In this document: positions 47,756 through 56,656 of the stretch, in pieces | Position numbering within the stretch: the stretch's first letter is position 1 | How the letters are laid out: the number at the start of each line of letters is the position of its first letter | Sequence record: OQ718158.1 | Strand: one strand, 5' to 3' | DNA: 64,000 nt | Made by a program: the position numbers and the translations under genes | Notes under the pieces: model-generated | What the model was told of the DNA's origin: nothing | The model's input: only the letters and a program-made list of their open reading frames with translations | Database searches by the model: none

Positions 47756-47977
47756 ATGGCTAATATCACTACTCTTTCCCAACTGGAAGCACTGGTTAAA
47801 TCTATGCGGGAACATGCCGACAAAATCGGCGTACAAGATCCAGCCGTTTGCTTCTGCGACGAATTGAATGATGATACCCTGGTAATAGCAGAAGTCCAGG
47901 ACGTTTCTAACTATTCCTCGCGTTACACTGGCGGCGTAGCAAATAAAGGTGACTTCTGTTTATACCTTACAAAATAA
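47756..47977 (+). CDS. early hypothetical protein
   Basis: true start MANI 47756, GAGGA SD. Confidence 0.72.
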   Translation: MANITTLSQLEALVKSMREHADKIGVQDPAVCFCDELNDDTLVIAEVQDVSNYSSRYTGGVANKGDFCLYLTK

Positions 47978-48220
47978 CAACGCGGGGAGATAATAACTCC
48001 CCGTTACTTTTTCAGTACTGAATCATTTAATAGACGGATCTCGGCACCCGGTGGGTTAGTGACTGTTTCGTCTTGATGTAGTAATTATGCCAGTACTGGA
48101 TGCACTTGTCAACAATTATTTTTCAAATACTTTTTATTAAAATACTTGCAATTAGTTTTTAAACGCGTATAATGTTTTGCATAGGGGGAGCGGTTCCCCT
48201 GGTAACTAAGGAATAAGAAA

Positions 48221-48457
48221 ATGGTCGAACAAATCAAATCAACGTCTTCGAATGTAACGGGAACGGTAGCACACTTTACTAGTGATGAATCGCGGGGCGT
48301 TCCCTATTGTGCTGTACATGTAAACACTGAGGGTAACTACTGGTTTACGGTTTACGGATCATATTCATTTGGACGGCCAGGGCATCAAAAAATTCTGGAT
48401 AAAGTACAACCAACGGGTAAAAATATCACTGCCGAAATGTTTTATAAAAAATCATAA
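48221..48457 (+). CDS. early hypothetical protein
   Basis: promoter cassette, AAGGA SD. Confidence 0.72.
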   Translation: MVEQIKSTSSNVTGTVAHFTSDESRGVPYCAVHVNTEGNYWFTVYGSYSFGRPGHQKILDKVQPTGKNITAEMFYKKS

Positions 48458-48541
48458 AGTACTTGCAATTAGTTTTTAGTACTGTATAATATTTTACATC
48501 GCAAGGGGGAGCGGTTCCCCCTGGTAACTAAGGATAATCAA

Positions 48542-48841
48542 ATGAAAATTGCAATCATCGCCCTGGCTTTATCTGTTTCCTCTTTCGCTGTTAATGCGTC
48601 ATTAGATGTAAGTAGTGAAAAATTCATTCAGTGCACTGTTGCAATGACCGATGAAAGAACTGGCGAGATTGTATTAAAGGATTTAGAGATCCAGCCGGAA
48701 GCATTTAAAAACGGGCCGTTCCATGAAGAAGACGAAAAAGGTAGCACGACAATTTATTACGATGCCAGTACTAAACGCGGTTCGGTCACTGTAATGGATA
48801 CTGAGAAAGTAACTCATACTGGCGTTATTAATTGCCGTTGA
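48542..48841 (+). CDS. early exported protein
   Basis: signal peptide ending VNA; Cys at both ends of mature domain. Confidence 0.75.
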   Translation: MKIAIIALALSVSSFAVNASLDVSSEKFIQCTVAMTDERTGEIVLKDLEIQPEAFKNGPFHEEDEKGSTTIYYDASTKRGSVTVMDTEKVTHTGVINCR

Positions 48842-48862
48842 TAGATACTACGGGGTAACATC

Positions 48863-49093
48863 ATGACTAAGCGAATTGTTTTACTTAACGAAAGCAGTAC
48901 TACACAACTACTTAACGCCGTGCATTATGATATTGAAACGAGCGTTAATCTTATCAGTACTGTCGTACTGTTGGACACTGGAAAGGTCGCCAATGATAAA
49001 GCGATTGCAGGTATATTAACGGATCTTGAGCCTGGTAGCAGTGCACCCATAACGTTAAATGGTAAAGTGTTTAATATTTTACTCACTGATTAA
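48863..49093 (+). CDS. early hypothetical protein
   Basis: GGGGT SD, followed by terminator. Confidence 0.65.
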   Translation: MTKRIVLLNESSTTQLLNAVHYDIETSVNLISTVVLLDTGKVANDKAIAGILTDLEPGSSAPITLNGKVFNILLTD

Positions 49094-49099
49094 GTACAT

Positions 49100-49122
49100 A
49101 GCCCACCTGGTGGGCTTTTTTT
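49100..49122 (+). terminator. intrinsic terminator
   Basis: AGCCCAC-CTG-GTGGGCT-TTTTTT. Confidence 0.85.
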
Positions 49123-49211
49123 GTTTTTGTAGTATCGTAGTACTGAGATACTTTGAAAATAGTTTTAAAAAAGTAGTTGACATTACCGCAGAAAAGCGTA
49201 GAATGTATTAC

Positions 49212-49284
49212 ATCAAGACGGGGAGCACTAAGTAGACCGCCAGTAAGTCGAACGAAAAACTGGACACGTCGAGAAAACTTTGAT
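49212..49284 (+). ncRNA. candidate structured RNA with H-type pseudoknot (copy C), leader of H-NS-like gene
   Basis: GAC/GTC and CCAG/CTGG stems, compensatory relative to copies A and B; promoter TTGACA-16-TAGAAT at 49178. Confidence 0.7.
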
Positions 49285-49327
49285 ACACTAATAAACGTAA
49301 ACTAAACTTTAATTGAGGATTTATAAA

Positions 49328-49810
49328 ATGGCTAATGTAAAATCATTCATCAAAGCACTGGTAGCAAATGAAACTAACGTCGCGGCTGAGATCCTGGCTG
49401 AACTGGATAACGATACCATGAAAGCGGTACGCAATAATTTTAACATCGCGTACAGTACTGCGAAAGAACTACAAGCAAATAAAGCGGCAGAAATTGAAGC
49501 GGCAAAGGCTGCCCGTGAAGCAGAACTACAAGCAACAATCGAAAGTATTCAGGCGGCAGTAGTTGGATTGGATCTGGAAGTAGTTACAGAGATGGCACAA
49601 AAAGCCCTGGCGGTTAAGTATGGGGAAGACAAGCCAGAAGTAAAAGCCAAAAAATGGATTCAGGAACGCGTAGCGGTAGTACTGGATAATGGGGAAGAAT
49701 ATCTGATTCCGGTGCGTGGTAACTGTATTGCGGTAGTACTGGACGCGATTAACGCCAGCGGTATGACTCGCGAGGAATGGATCGAATCTCATCGCAAAGT
49801 TGAAGCATAA
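49328..49810 (+). CDS. H-NS/StpA-like protein
   Basis: coiled-coil N-terminal half; C-terminal VLDNGEEYLIPVRGNCIAVVLDAINASGMTREEWI aligns by eye with H-NS [35 protein letters not shown]. Confidence 0.55.
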   Translation: MANVKSFIKALVANETNVAAEILAELDNDTMKAVRNNFNIAYSTAKELQANKAAEIEAAKAAREAELQATIESIQAAVVGLDLEVVTEMAQKALAVKYGEDKPEVKAKKWIQERVAVVLDNGEEYLIPVRGNCIAVVLDAINASGMTREEWIESHRKVEA

Positions 49811-49831
49811 CAATTAAAGTACTGAATCACT

Positions 49832-49857
49832 AGCCCACTGTATAAGTGGGCTTTTTT
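49832..49857 (+). terminator. intrinsic terminator
   Basis: AGCCCACT-GTATA-AGTGGGCT-TTTTT. Confidence 0.85.
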
Positions 49858-50094
49858 GTGTTTATCGTTTACCAGGCCACCAGCACCGCCTAGAAACGAT
49901 TCTAACGTATTAAACTGTTTATCTGATGCATTGCCCTAGCTGGTGGCGTGAAGGTCGTTAGAATGCGATTGAGAGCGTTTAAAGTATTTTGCAAAAAGTA
50001 ATAAAAAGTACTTGCACGATTAAGAGATTAGCGTATAATGTTTTACATCGAGAGGGGGAAACGGTTCTCCTTCCAAATCAAAGGAATCAAAACA

Positions 50095-50322
50095 ATGGCT
50101 ATCGTAATCACTCGCGTAACTGGTACTACTGGCAATTCTTCTACTGTTGCTGTAATTACTAATAAGAAAGGTGCGGAATTGCATTTTGCAATGGATAAAT
50201 GGGCCGTTAATGAGTTCGGTCAGTGGGCAAGTGTAGCATACATTGAAACCTATCAAGTGCCGTCGATTAGTTTAACTGATTTGGGCGTTGAGCGTATCCT
50301 TTGCCTTGATGAATTAAATTAA
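50095..50322 (+). CDS. early hypothetical protein
   Basis: true start MAIV 50095. Confidence 0.7.
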   Translation: MAIVITRVTGTTGNSSTVAVITNKKGAELHFAMDKWAVNEFGQWASVAYIETYQVPSISLTDLGVERILCLDELN

Positions 50323-50407
50323 AAAAGTACTTGCAAAGTAAATCGAATAAAGTATAATACATTACATCAAGGGGAGAAATGGTTCTCCCCACTACAAGGA
50401 AACTAAA

Positions 50408-50551
50408 ATGAAAACTTGTCAATGTGGTCAGAAATCTATTACGGGTTTAAAGCGGGGCGTTGCTCTTTGCCAGTACCATTATAATTTACAAGTATGGGGT
50501 AAAGAATGGGCCGACCAGGTGGAAGCAGCAAAGAAAGCAAAAAGTAAGTAA
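50408..50551 (+). CDS. small Zn-finger-like protein (47 aa)
   Basis: MKTCQCG...LCQYH; AAGGA SD; translated by hand. Confidence 0.65.
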   Translation: MKTCQCGQKSITGLKRGVALCQYHYNLQVWGKEWADQVEAAKKAKSK

Positions 50552-50631
50552 AATATTATCACAGTACTATTGACATAGTTTGATAGTACTGGCATAATAG
50601 ATTTTATCAAGACAACTAAGAGGAAACAATA

Positions 50632-50844
50632 ATGGCTATCATCACAAAAATCAAAGTTAACAAATCACTGGTTAAACTTGAACAAGTGAAAGCAGGTTAT
50701 AAAGTATCGTGGTGCGGTATGTATCGGATGTTCACCGATATAGACAATGCAATCAAGTACTACACTGACACCGTTGCCTCATTCGTTCGTGCTGATGTGG
50801 TTATGGCAGTGGCAACGCACAAAGCAGCGAAAGAAAGTAAGTAA
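50632..50844 (+). CDS. early hypothetical protein (paralog of 53770)
   Basis: MAIITK...Y.VS...Y..F..ID.A..YY. Confidence 0.72.
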   Translation: MAIITKIKVNKSLVKLEQVKAGYKVSWCGMYRMFTDIDNAIKYYTDTVASFVRADVVMAVATHKAAKESK

Positions 50845-50933
50845 AAATATTATCACAGTACTATTGACATAGTTTGATAGTACTGGCATAATAGATTTTA
50901 TCAAGACAACATATTAATTTAAGGAATACAAAA

Positions 50934-51257
50934 ATGGCTAAAACTATCATTAACACCGTTTCCCTGGCTGCAATCCGTGCAATCAATGTTGACGGTAAAC
51001 GTTGGACTGATTCATATGGCAATACTTATCATTCTTGTCATGTAAGCGTTGAACTGGATAACGGTTTGAATGATCTGGCGGTTGAATCATTTACTTATGG
51101 CTATGAAGATGCATATCAACAAACGGCGTTATCTCTCTTAAAGGAATCAGTAGACGGGCTTAATACTGATGAAACCTCCCTTACTCGTGTGTGCAATGAT
51201 CTTAATATCCCGTTGCATTGTACTGTACAGAATGTTAAACGCAAAAAAGATCTTTAA
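50934..51257 (+). CDS. early conserved phage protein (paralog of 57431)
   Basis: RWTDSYGNTYHSC...FTYGY...NVKRKKD. Confidence 0.8.
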   Translation: MAKTIINTVSLAAIRAINVDGKRWTDSYGNTYHSCHVSVELDNGLNDLAVESFTYGYEDAYQQTALSLLKESVDGLNTDETSLTRVCNDLNIPLHCTVQNVKRKKDL

Positions 51258-51336
51258 TTAGCTTTACTTTATGCAGATACTTTGATATAGTGTCTGCATA
51301 GGGGAAAGAAATTAAACTACTTAAGAGGATCGTATA

Positions 51337-51606
51337 ATGAAAAATATCAGTACTTTAATCGATGCAGGTACTCATGTTCGTCGGTCTATGGTTGCAACCA
51401 GTACTACAAAACAAGTAGCGAGCGGTTATCTTGTATTTGTGCACGATGGTAAACTCCTGGAACGTTCAATCAATTTTGATGTTAAAAACAATTGCCGTTT
51501 TATTATCTTTAAGCGTGAGCAATATAAAATTGATTTACCAGCAAAGCCCATTAGTGGGGCGTACAACGTGCAATCATTGTTTGAACGTCAACCATACACC
51601 TATTAA
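51337..51606 (+). CDS. early hypothetical protein
   Basis: GAGGA SD; weak resemblance to 55581. Confidence 0.7.
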   Translation: MKNISTLIDAGTHVRRSMVATSTTKQVASGYLVFVHDGKLLERSINFDVKNNCRFIIFKREQYKIDLPAKPISGAYNVQSLFERQPYTY

Positions 51607-51657
51607 TCAAAACATCGTTAGCGGTCGATTCAGGCCGCTTATATTGGGGATTATACC

Positions 51658-51930
51658 ATGAACGTTAATCAAGTACTGAATGAGATCGAAAGCATCATTA
51701 AACCGATGAAGCGTACTGATGCTATGTTAACACCGGAAGAATGCCGCCTTTATGAGCGTTACAGCGTCGAACAAGTCCAGGCAATGGCTATGGCTACCCC
51801 AGCCGTTAAACCGCCTGAGAATGCGTTACAGGACGTTACAGGGGATTATATCATCAATCCAGTACTAGGGAAGATGGCTGCAATCACCGAAGATCAACAA
51901 GACTACTTAAGCCAGTACTTAAAAGGTTAA
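51658..51930 (+). CDS. early hypothetical protein
   Basis: GGGGA SD. Confidence 0.68.
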   Translation: MNVNQVLNEIESIIKPMKRTDAMLTPEECRLYERYSVEQVQAMAMATPAVKPPENALQDVTGDYIINPVLGKMAAITEDQQDYLSQYLKG

Positions 51931-51935
51931 TTAAT

Positions 51936-52145
51936 ATGCTTACTGTACAGGATAAGATCGACATCTTAAAGGTTAATATGTATGTGATTGATGCAGTACC
52001 TGGTAAAGTATTTGCCTACGATGACACCACTGTAAGCGATTTCTACTATAGCCAGGCCGTGGGGGATCTTTCTGTACAGTCGGTTATTGAAAACGTAGTT
52101 AATGCAGCGTATGAGCATTTACTTTCAAATAGTACTTGCAATTAG
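51936..52145 (+). CDS. early hypothetical protein
   Basis: AAGGT SD. Confidence 0.68.
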   Translation: MLTVQDKIDILKVNMYVIDAVPGKVFAYDDTTVSDFYYSQAVGDLSVQSVIENVVNAAYEHLLSNSTCN

Positions 52146-52214
52146 TTTTTAAACGCGTATAATGTTTTACATGAAGGGGAGAAATGATTCTCCCCACTAA
52201 TTAAGGAATATGAA

Positions 52215-52361
52215 ATGAAAGCATCAAAAAAGAGTACTAACAAGAAAGCACGTTCAACCTTAGATGGGGTATTCCCTTTACGTTTCGTTGATGAAGTGGT
52301 TTCCTACCCGCCTGGCCTTACTCCTGAGATGGTAGAAAGTTTGCGTAAATCTAAAAAATAG
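52215..52361 (+). CDS. small early protein (48 aa)
   Basis: promoter cassette, AAGGA SD; translated by hand. Confidence 0.6.
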   Translation: MKASKKSTNKKARSTLDGVFPLRFVDEVVSYPPGLTPEMVESLRKSKK

Positions 52362-52442
52362 TACTTGCAATTAGTTTTTAGTACTGTATAATGTTTTACA
52401 TGAAGGGGAGAAATGATTCTCCCCAATAACAGGAGAAACAAA

Positions 52443-52595
52443 ATGAAACAATACAACGCTCGGTTTGATGTTACTATCGGTAACGGCAAAGGTCAATTCT
52501 CTTTCAGTACTCGCAAAAGTTATACAGAAAACTTCCTGCGTAATTGTGCACTGACCGCCGCACAAATTAAACATTACTTTCAGGCTAAAAAATGA
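52443..52595 (+). CDS. small early protein (50 aa)
   Basis: true start MKQY, AGGAG SD. Confidence 0.65.
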   Translation: MKQYNARFDVTIGNGKGQFSFSTRKSYTENFLRNCALTAAQIKHYFQAKK

Positions 52596-52681
52596 AATCA
52601 TTAGCTTACTATAGTTCTGCGGTGATCGGTGCATTGATCGCGGCGTTGTTAGTAACCTATCTATTCTTTATGGTGATTTAA
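52592..52681 (+). CDS. possible 29-aa single-TM peptide
   Basis: ATGA coupling, hydrophobic; translated by hand. Confidence 0.45.
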   Translation: MKSLAYYSSAVIGALIAALLVTYLFFMVI

Positions 52682-52825
52682 ATGAATCCAACAGGTTTAA
52701 ACTATAAAAGTTGTTCGGCGTTTACGAAAGCAAATAAAGCGAATGCACGTAAAGCGAAAGTACAGGAATACATCAAGCAAGGCATGACGCGAAAAGCGGC
52801 GATTATAAAAGCTAAAAATAAATGA
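52682..52825 (+). CDS. small basic protein (47 aa)
   Basis: directly after upstream stop; K/A-rich; translated by hand. Confidence 0.5.
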   Translation: MNPTGLNYKSCSAFTKANKANARKAKVQEYIKQGMTRKAAIIKAKNK

Positions 52826-53036
52826 AAAAAGTGGTTGACTCCGGTCAGCCATTTTGCTATTATATATTCATTGAGAGATAGCTCACTAGCCCACAGGGTG
52901 CATAAGTGTATCTATTATATGAGTATTGAGTACTGAAAACTATTTTTAAAAAGTACTTGCAAACTATCTCAATAAGCGTATAATGTTTTACATCGAGAGG
53001 GGGAAACGGTTTCCCCTGGTAATAAGGAAACAAATC

Positions 53037-53378
53037 ATGACTATCTCAATTGCTCAATCTAACTTTGAAAATGAAATCATCGCCCAGGCACTGCGTTTAA
53101 ATGATGGTCGGGCCGAAATTAATTACGGTTTCAATTCAGGCGGTTGCGAAAACTATCAGTACTTTGTAACGGCTGATGGCGGTGTCCTGGGTATCAATAC
53201 AGTTATTGTAAACATCCAAAAAATTAATTTCAATGATCCAGACGATAGCCAGTTTTACATCACTGGCGTAGACGTGAACTATGAGGATGACTCACTAACT
53301 GATGATCACACTGGCGAGCGGTTAGAAAGTGCATACGGTGAAGATGATTATCAGTCCGGTCCAGAAGATTTCGAATAA
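53037..53378 (+). CDS. highly acidic early protein
   Basis: true start MTISI; DVNYEDDSLTDDHTGERLESAYG; about 23 D/E versus 4 K/R. Confidence 0.78.
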   Translation: MTISIAQSNFENEIIAQALRLNDGRAEINYGFNSGGCENYQYFVTADGGVLGINTVIVNIQKINFNDPDDSQFYITGVDVNYEDDSLTDDHTGERLESAYGEDDYQSGPEDFE

Positions 53379-53473
53379 TATAAAAAATAGTTTGACAATA
53401 GATTATAGTACTGTATAATTAATTACATCAAGGGGAGAAAAACTTCTCCCCACTAACAGAGAGAGAAAACAAA

Positions 53474-53686
53474 ATGGCTAATATCCGGTCGAAATTAAAA
53501 AATGCAAAACAAGTTTTATTTTCAGATCATGAATACTTTAATAAAGATATTACAGGAGTTACAAGTATCAAGGAAGTAAAAGAAAAAACCGGCGTTTTGT
53601 GTGATGTGCGATTAGTTGGGACATTTGGGAATAACGTGCTATATCGCTGCGGTGATTACAATTTTACACTGACTATCATTAACTAA
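53474..53686 (+). CDS. early hypothetical protein
   Basis: promoter cassette, GAGAG SD. Confidence 0.7.
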   Translation: MANIRSKLKNAKQVLFSDHEYFNKDITGVTSIKEVKEKTGVLCDVRLVGTFGNNVLYRCGDYNFTLTIIN

Positions 53687-53769
53687 AAATATTATCACAG
53701 TACTATTGACATAGTTTGATAGTACTGACATAATAACTTTTATCAACTACACTACTAAGGAATTAAAAA

Positions 53770-53949
53770 ATGGCTATCATCGCAAAAACTGAAATCGTTG
53801 GTCTGGATTCTATCATCATGACGTTTGAAGATCAAAAAGGTATGTATGTAGTTTCCTATGGTGATTATGTTCGGGAGTATGAAACGGTAGACGAAGCCTT
53901 TGAAAGTTATATTCGCCAGGTGAATAAAGCATACGACGACTACCGCTAA
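53770..53949 (+). CDS. early hypothetical protein (59 aa, paralog of 50632)
   Basis: MAIIAKTE..., AAGGA SD; translated by hand. Confidence 0.68.
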   Translation: MAIIAKTEIVGLDSIIMTFEDQKGMYVVSYGDYVREYETVDEAFESYIRQVNKAYDDYR

Positions 53950-54048
53950 AATATATTACCAGTACTATTAAATCTATTGACAACGTTTGATAGTACTGTA
54001 TAATAAGTTTTATAAACAGTAGTTAACTTAACCTAAGAGAGAAACAAA

Positions 54049-54192
54049 ATGATCGCACTGGATTCATTCATCGACGCAGTACTGGCAAAAACTGGCGAGG
54101 ATCTGACCGCAGAACAATACGCGATGATCGAGCAATGTCAGCAAAACGGTAAATCGGTGAAAGATACTGTTAAGATTATCCGCAAGATGTAA
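54049..54192 (+). CDS. small early protein (47 aa)
   Basis: MIALDSFIDAVLAK..., followed by AGCCCAC/GTGGGCT terminator. Confidence 0.62.
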   Translation: MIALDSFIDAVLAKTGEDLTAEQYAMIEQCQQNGKSVKDTVKIIRKM

Positions 54193-54291
54193 TATTATAG
54201 CCCACTGGTTAACGCTGGTGGGCTTTAATCATTTACCCTATACAATGCCAGTACTAAACCGTTTATCTCGTTAGAATGCGTTACAGGACGT

Positions 54292-54495
54292 TTGACAATG
54301 ATTAGCATGAAATCAGTACAAAAACAAATAGAAACATTATCAAAAATTAAACGTAAACAATACTCGTTAGAATATACAATCAATGGTAACTATCATCTAA
54401 TGAAAGAAAATAATTTTATAGTCATTGATGAATCATTGCAAGTTATTAGTATAGTACTGAAAGCATTAATTAATGATAGAAAAAAATTAAAATAA
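54292..54495 (+). CDS. possible hypothetical protein
   Basis: ORF present but no clear SD. Confidence 0.35.
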   Translation: MTMISMKSVQKQIETLSKIKRKQYSLEYTINGNYHLMKENNFIVIDESLQVISIVLKALINDRKKLK

Positions 54496-54823
54496 TTGTT
54501 GACATACAATGCCAGTACTGGCATAATACTTACATCAAGACGAGAACGTCACTAACCCATAGGGTGCACAAATGTAACTATATAATATCGATCAATAAAT
54601 GATCAAAAAAGTACTGGATCAATTTAGCATAAGGAGTATAATTCTGATCAATTCTTGATCAAAGGCAATATACGCAGTTGAATTTATATAGACAGTACAA
54701 AGGCGTTACTATCCGTGGTAATGCTGATGGATATGTAGTATCATACGGTTTGAATAAGATAAGCACTAGTAGTATTATTGTAGCATTACAGTACTATAGT
54801 ATTTTTATAATGAGGTTAAAATA

Positions 54824-55081
54824 ATGGCTGTTGGATTCGCGAAGGACGGGGCCGAGCAAGACGAGATTAACGCAGTTATTCAGGCCGCTGTAAACCACGC
54901 TAGAACGCAAATTAACGCACAAATAGAATCACTGATACATTGCCTCGACTGTGGCGATAAAATCCCTGAGAATCGCCGCCAGGTCGTTAAGGGGTGTAAG
55001 TACTGTATCACTTGCCAGGAGGATCATGATAGTACTTTTAAACGTCAACCGCGTAATTGTTGGCATAGATCTATGAGATAA
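54824..55081 (+). CDS. DksA/TraR C4-type zinc-finger protein (YbiI-like)
   Basis: MAVGFAKDGA..EI...A+..AR; CLDCG..IPE.RR..V.G...CITCQ. Confidence 0.88.
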   Translation: MAVGFAKDGAEQDEINAVIQAAVNHARTQINAQIESLIHCLDCGDKIPENRRQVVKGCKYCITCQEDHDSTFKRQPRNCWHRSMR

Positions 55082-55144
55082 AAAGTATTGACAGTACTAT
55101 CCAGTAGTGTATAATGTTTTATATCTTAACTGAGGATAGAAATC

Positions 55145-55501
55145 ATGGGAATACAACATATCACGCGTACTACTGACAATGGCGAGATCACTGGCTATCA
55201 AGTACAGGGCAAAGTAGCACAATTGCAGTACTGGTTTGTTAAACGTGGAATCATTGCACCGGATCTTGATTATGACCGTGTAGCGTTTATTGATTCTCTT
55301 TATGTTGATCCTGATAGTCGGGGGAATGGTGAAGGTAACGAATTAATGAATGCCTTTATTGATGCCGCCGATGATTCAGATTGTATCATCTTAGAATGCG
55401 ATACGGGAGAAGATAACGCCTTTAATCTTAAAGAATGGTATGAAGGTTTCGGATTCGAGGTACTGATCGATAGTGAATATCCTATCATGATTTTATCATA
55501 G
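55145..55501 (+). CDS. GNAT family acetyltransferase
   Basis: IDSLYVDPDSRGNGEG..LM (motif A); L..WYEGFGF. Confidence 0.88.
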   Translation: MGIQHITRTTDNGEITGYQVQGKVAQLQYWFVKRGIIAPDLDYDRVAFIDSLYVDPDSRGNGEGNELMNAFIDAADDSDCIILECDTGEDNAFNLKEWYEGFGFEVLIDSEYPIMILS

Positions 55502-55580
55502 TACTTGCATTTAGTTTTCAGTACTGTATAATAGTTTACATGAAGGGGAGAATAGTTCTCCCCACTACAAGGAAAGACAA

Positions 55581-55769
55581 ATGGAAAACTTATCAAGTAT
55601 TTTAGTACAAGATGATTTCGGTAATCCTGGAAGTGCTATCATTGTTCGGGGTAATAAAGCAACGTTTGTTATTGCTGGTGGACCCGTACAGCGTAGCATT
55701 AAAAATAATGCTGTTACCATTAATAATGTACGCTATCGCTTAGATAAAGAATTAATTCATAAACTGTAA
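55581..55769 (+). CDS. early hypothetical protein
   Basis: promoter cassette, AAGGA SD. Confidence 0.7.
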   Translation: MENLSSILVQDDFGNPGSAIIVRGNKATFVIAGGPVQRSIKNNAVTINNVRYRLDKELIHKL

Positions 55770-55855
55770 AAAAGTACTGGACAATAGATTATAGTACTGT
55801 ATAATAAGTTACATGAAGGGGAGAAAATGATTCTCCCCACTAAGAGGAAAGAAAA

Positions 55856-56068
55856 ATGCAAGGTCAACTAATCGTTCGTAAATGGTCTGATACTAACGCT
55901 AAACCGTGGGATGTACAATACATCGCCCCCAATGGTGAATCCAGATATCAACCAGGTGTAACGCATAGTACTGAGCAATTCGCCGCCGCTCATCGTGAAC
56001 GTCTGTTACAATCAATGCAGCAAGGTTTCGGTGAAAAATTCATTCAGGATCATTGGCTGAAAGATTAA
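55856..56068 (+). CDS. early hypothetical protein
   Basis: promoter cassette, GAGGA SD. Confidence 0.7.
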   Translation: MQGQLIVRKWSDTNAKPWDVQYIAPNGESRYQPGVTHSTEQFAAAHRERLLQSMQQGFGEKFIQDHWLKD

Positions 56069-56154
56069 AAAGTTCTTGCACAGTACTGAATAAAGTGTAT
56101 AATGTTTTATATCGAGAGGGGAATAGTTCCCCTCCTAACAAAAAGGAAAGTATA

Positions 56155-56328
56155 ATGATCCAAGTAGAATTATCAGTACTGAAAGATCTATTTTATCGGT
56201 TAGGTACTAATGGCGAGTATCCTAAAAGTGATACCGCAAAACTTTTTGTATCACTCGACTTATGGCAACGCGAACAATTAGTAATGTCGTGGCGTAAAGG
56301 TAAAGCAGATCGCGAGGTGAAAGCATGA
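56155..56328 (+). CDS. early hypothetical protein
   Basis: true start MIQV 56155. Confidence 0.68.
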   Translation: MIQVELSVLKDLFYRLGTNGEYPKSDTAKLFVSLDLWQREQLVMSWRKGKADREVKA

Positions 56329-56474
56329 AAGAATTCTTATTTGAAGTAGTGTTTCAAGGTGTCGGTAGTAACCAACTGATTCGCTCAAGTGGTTACAATG
56401 TTAACCAGGCATGGAATAACATTAAACAAATGTACCCGAACGCTATCACATATCGCAACCCGAAAGAAGTTTAA
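56325..56474 (+). CDS. small early protein (49 aa)
   Basis: GAGGT SD, ATGA coupling; translated by hand. Confidence 0.6.
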   Translation: MKEFLFEVVFQGVGSNQLIRSSGYNVNQAWNNIKQMYPNAITYRNPKEV

Positions 56475-56656
56475 AAATAATTGAAAAAGGGATTGACTCC
56501 GGTCAGTCCCTTTGCTATTATATACGCATAGAAACAAATTAGCCCACCGGGTGCATAAATGTATCTATTGTTTGCTGGTGGCTAGTACTATCAAGTACTG
56601 AAAACTATTTTTAAAAAGTACTTGCAAAGTATCACGATAAGCGTATAATGTTTTAC

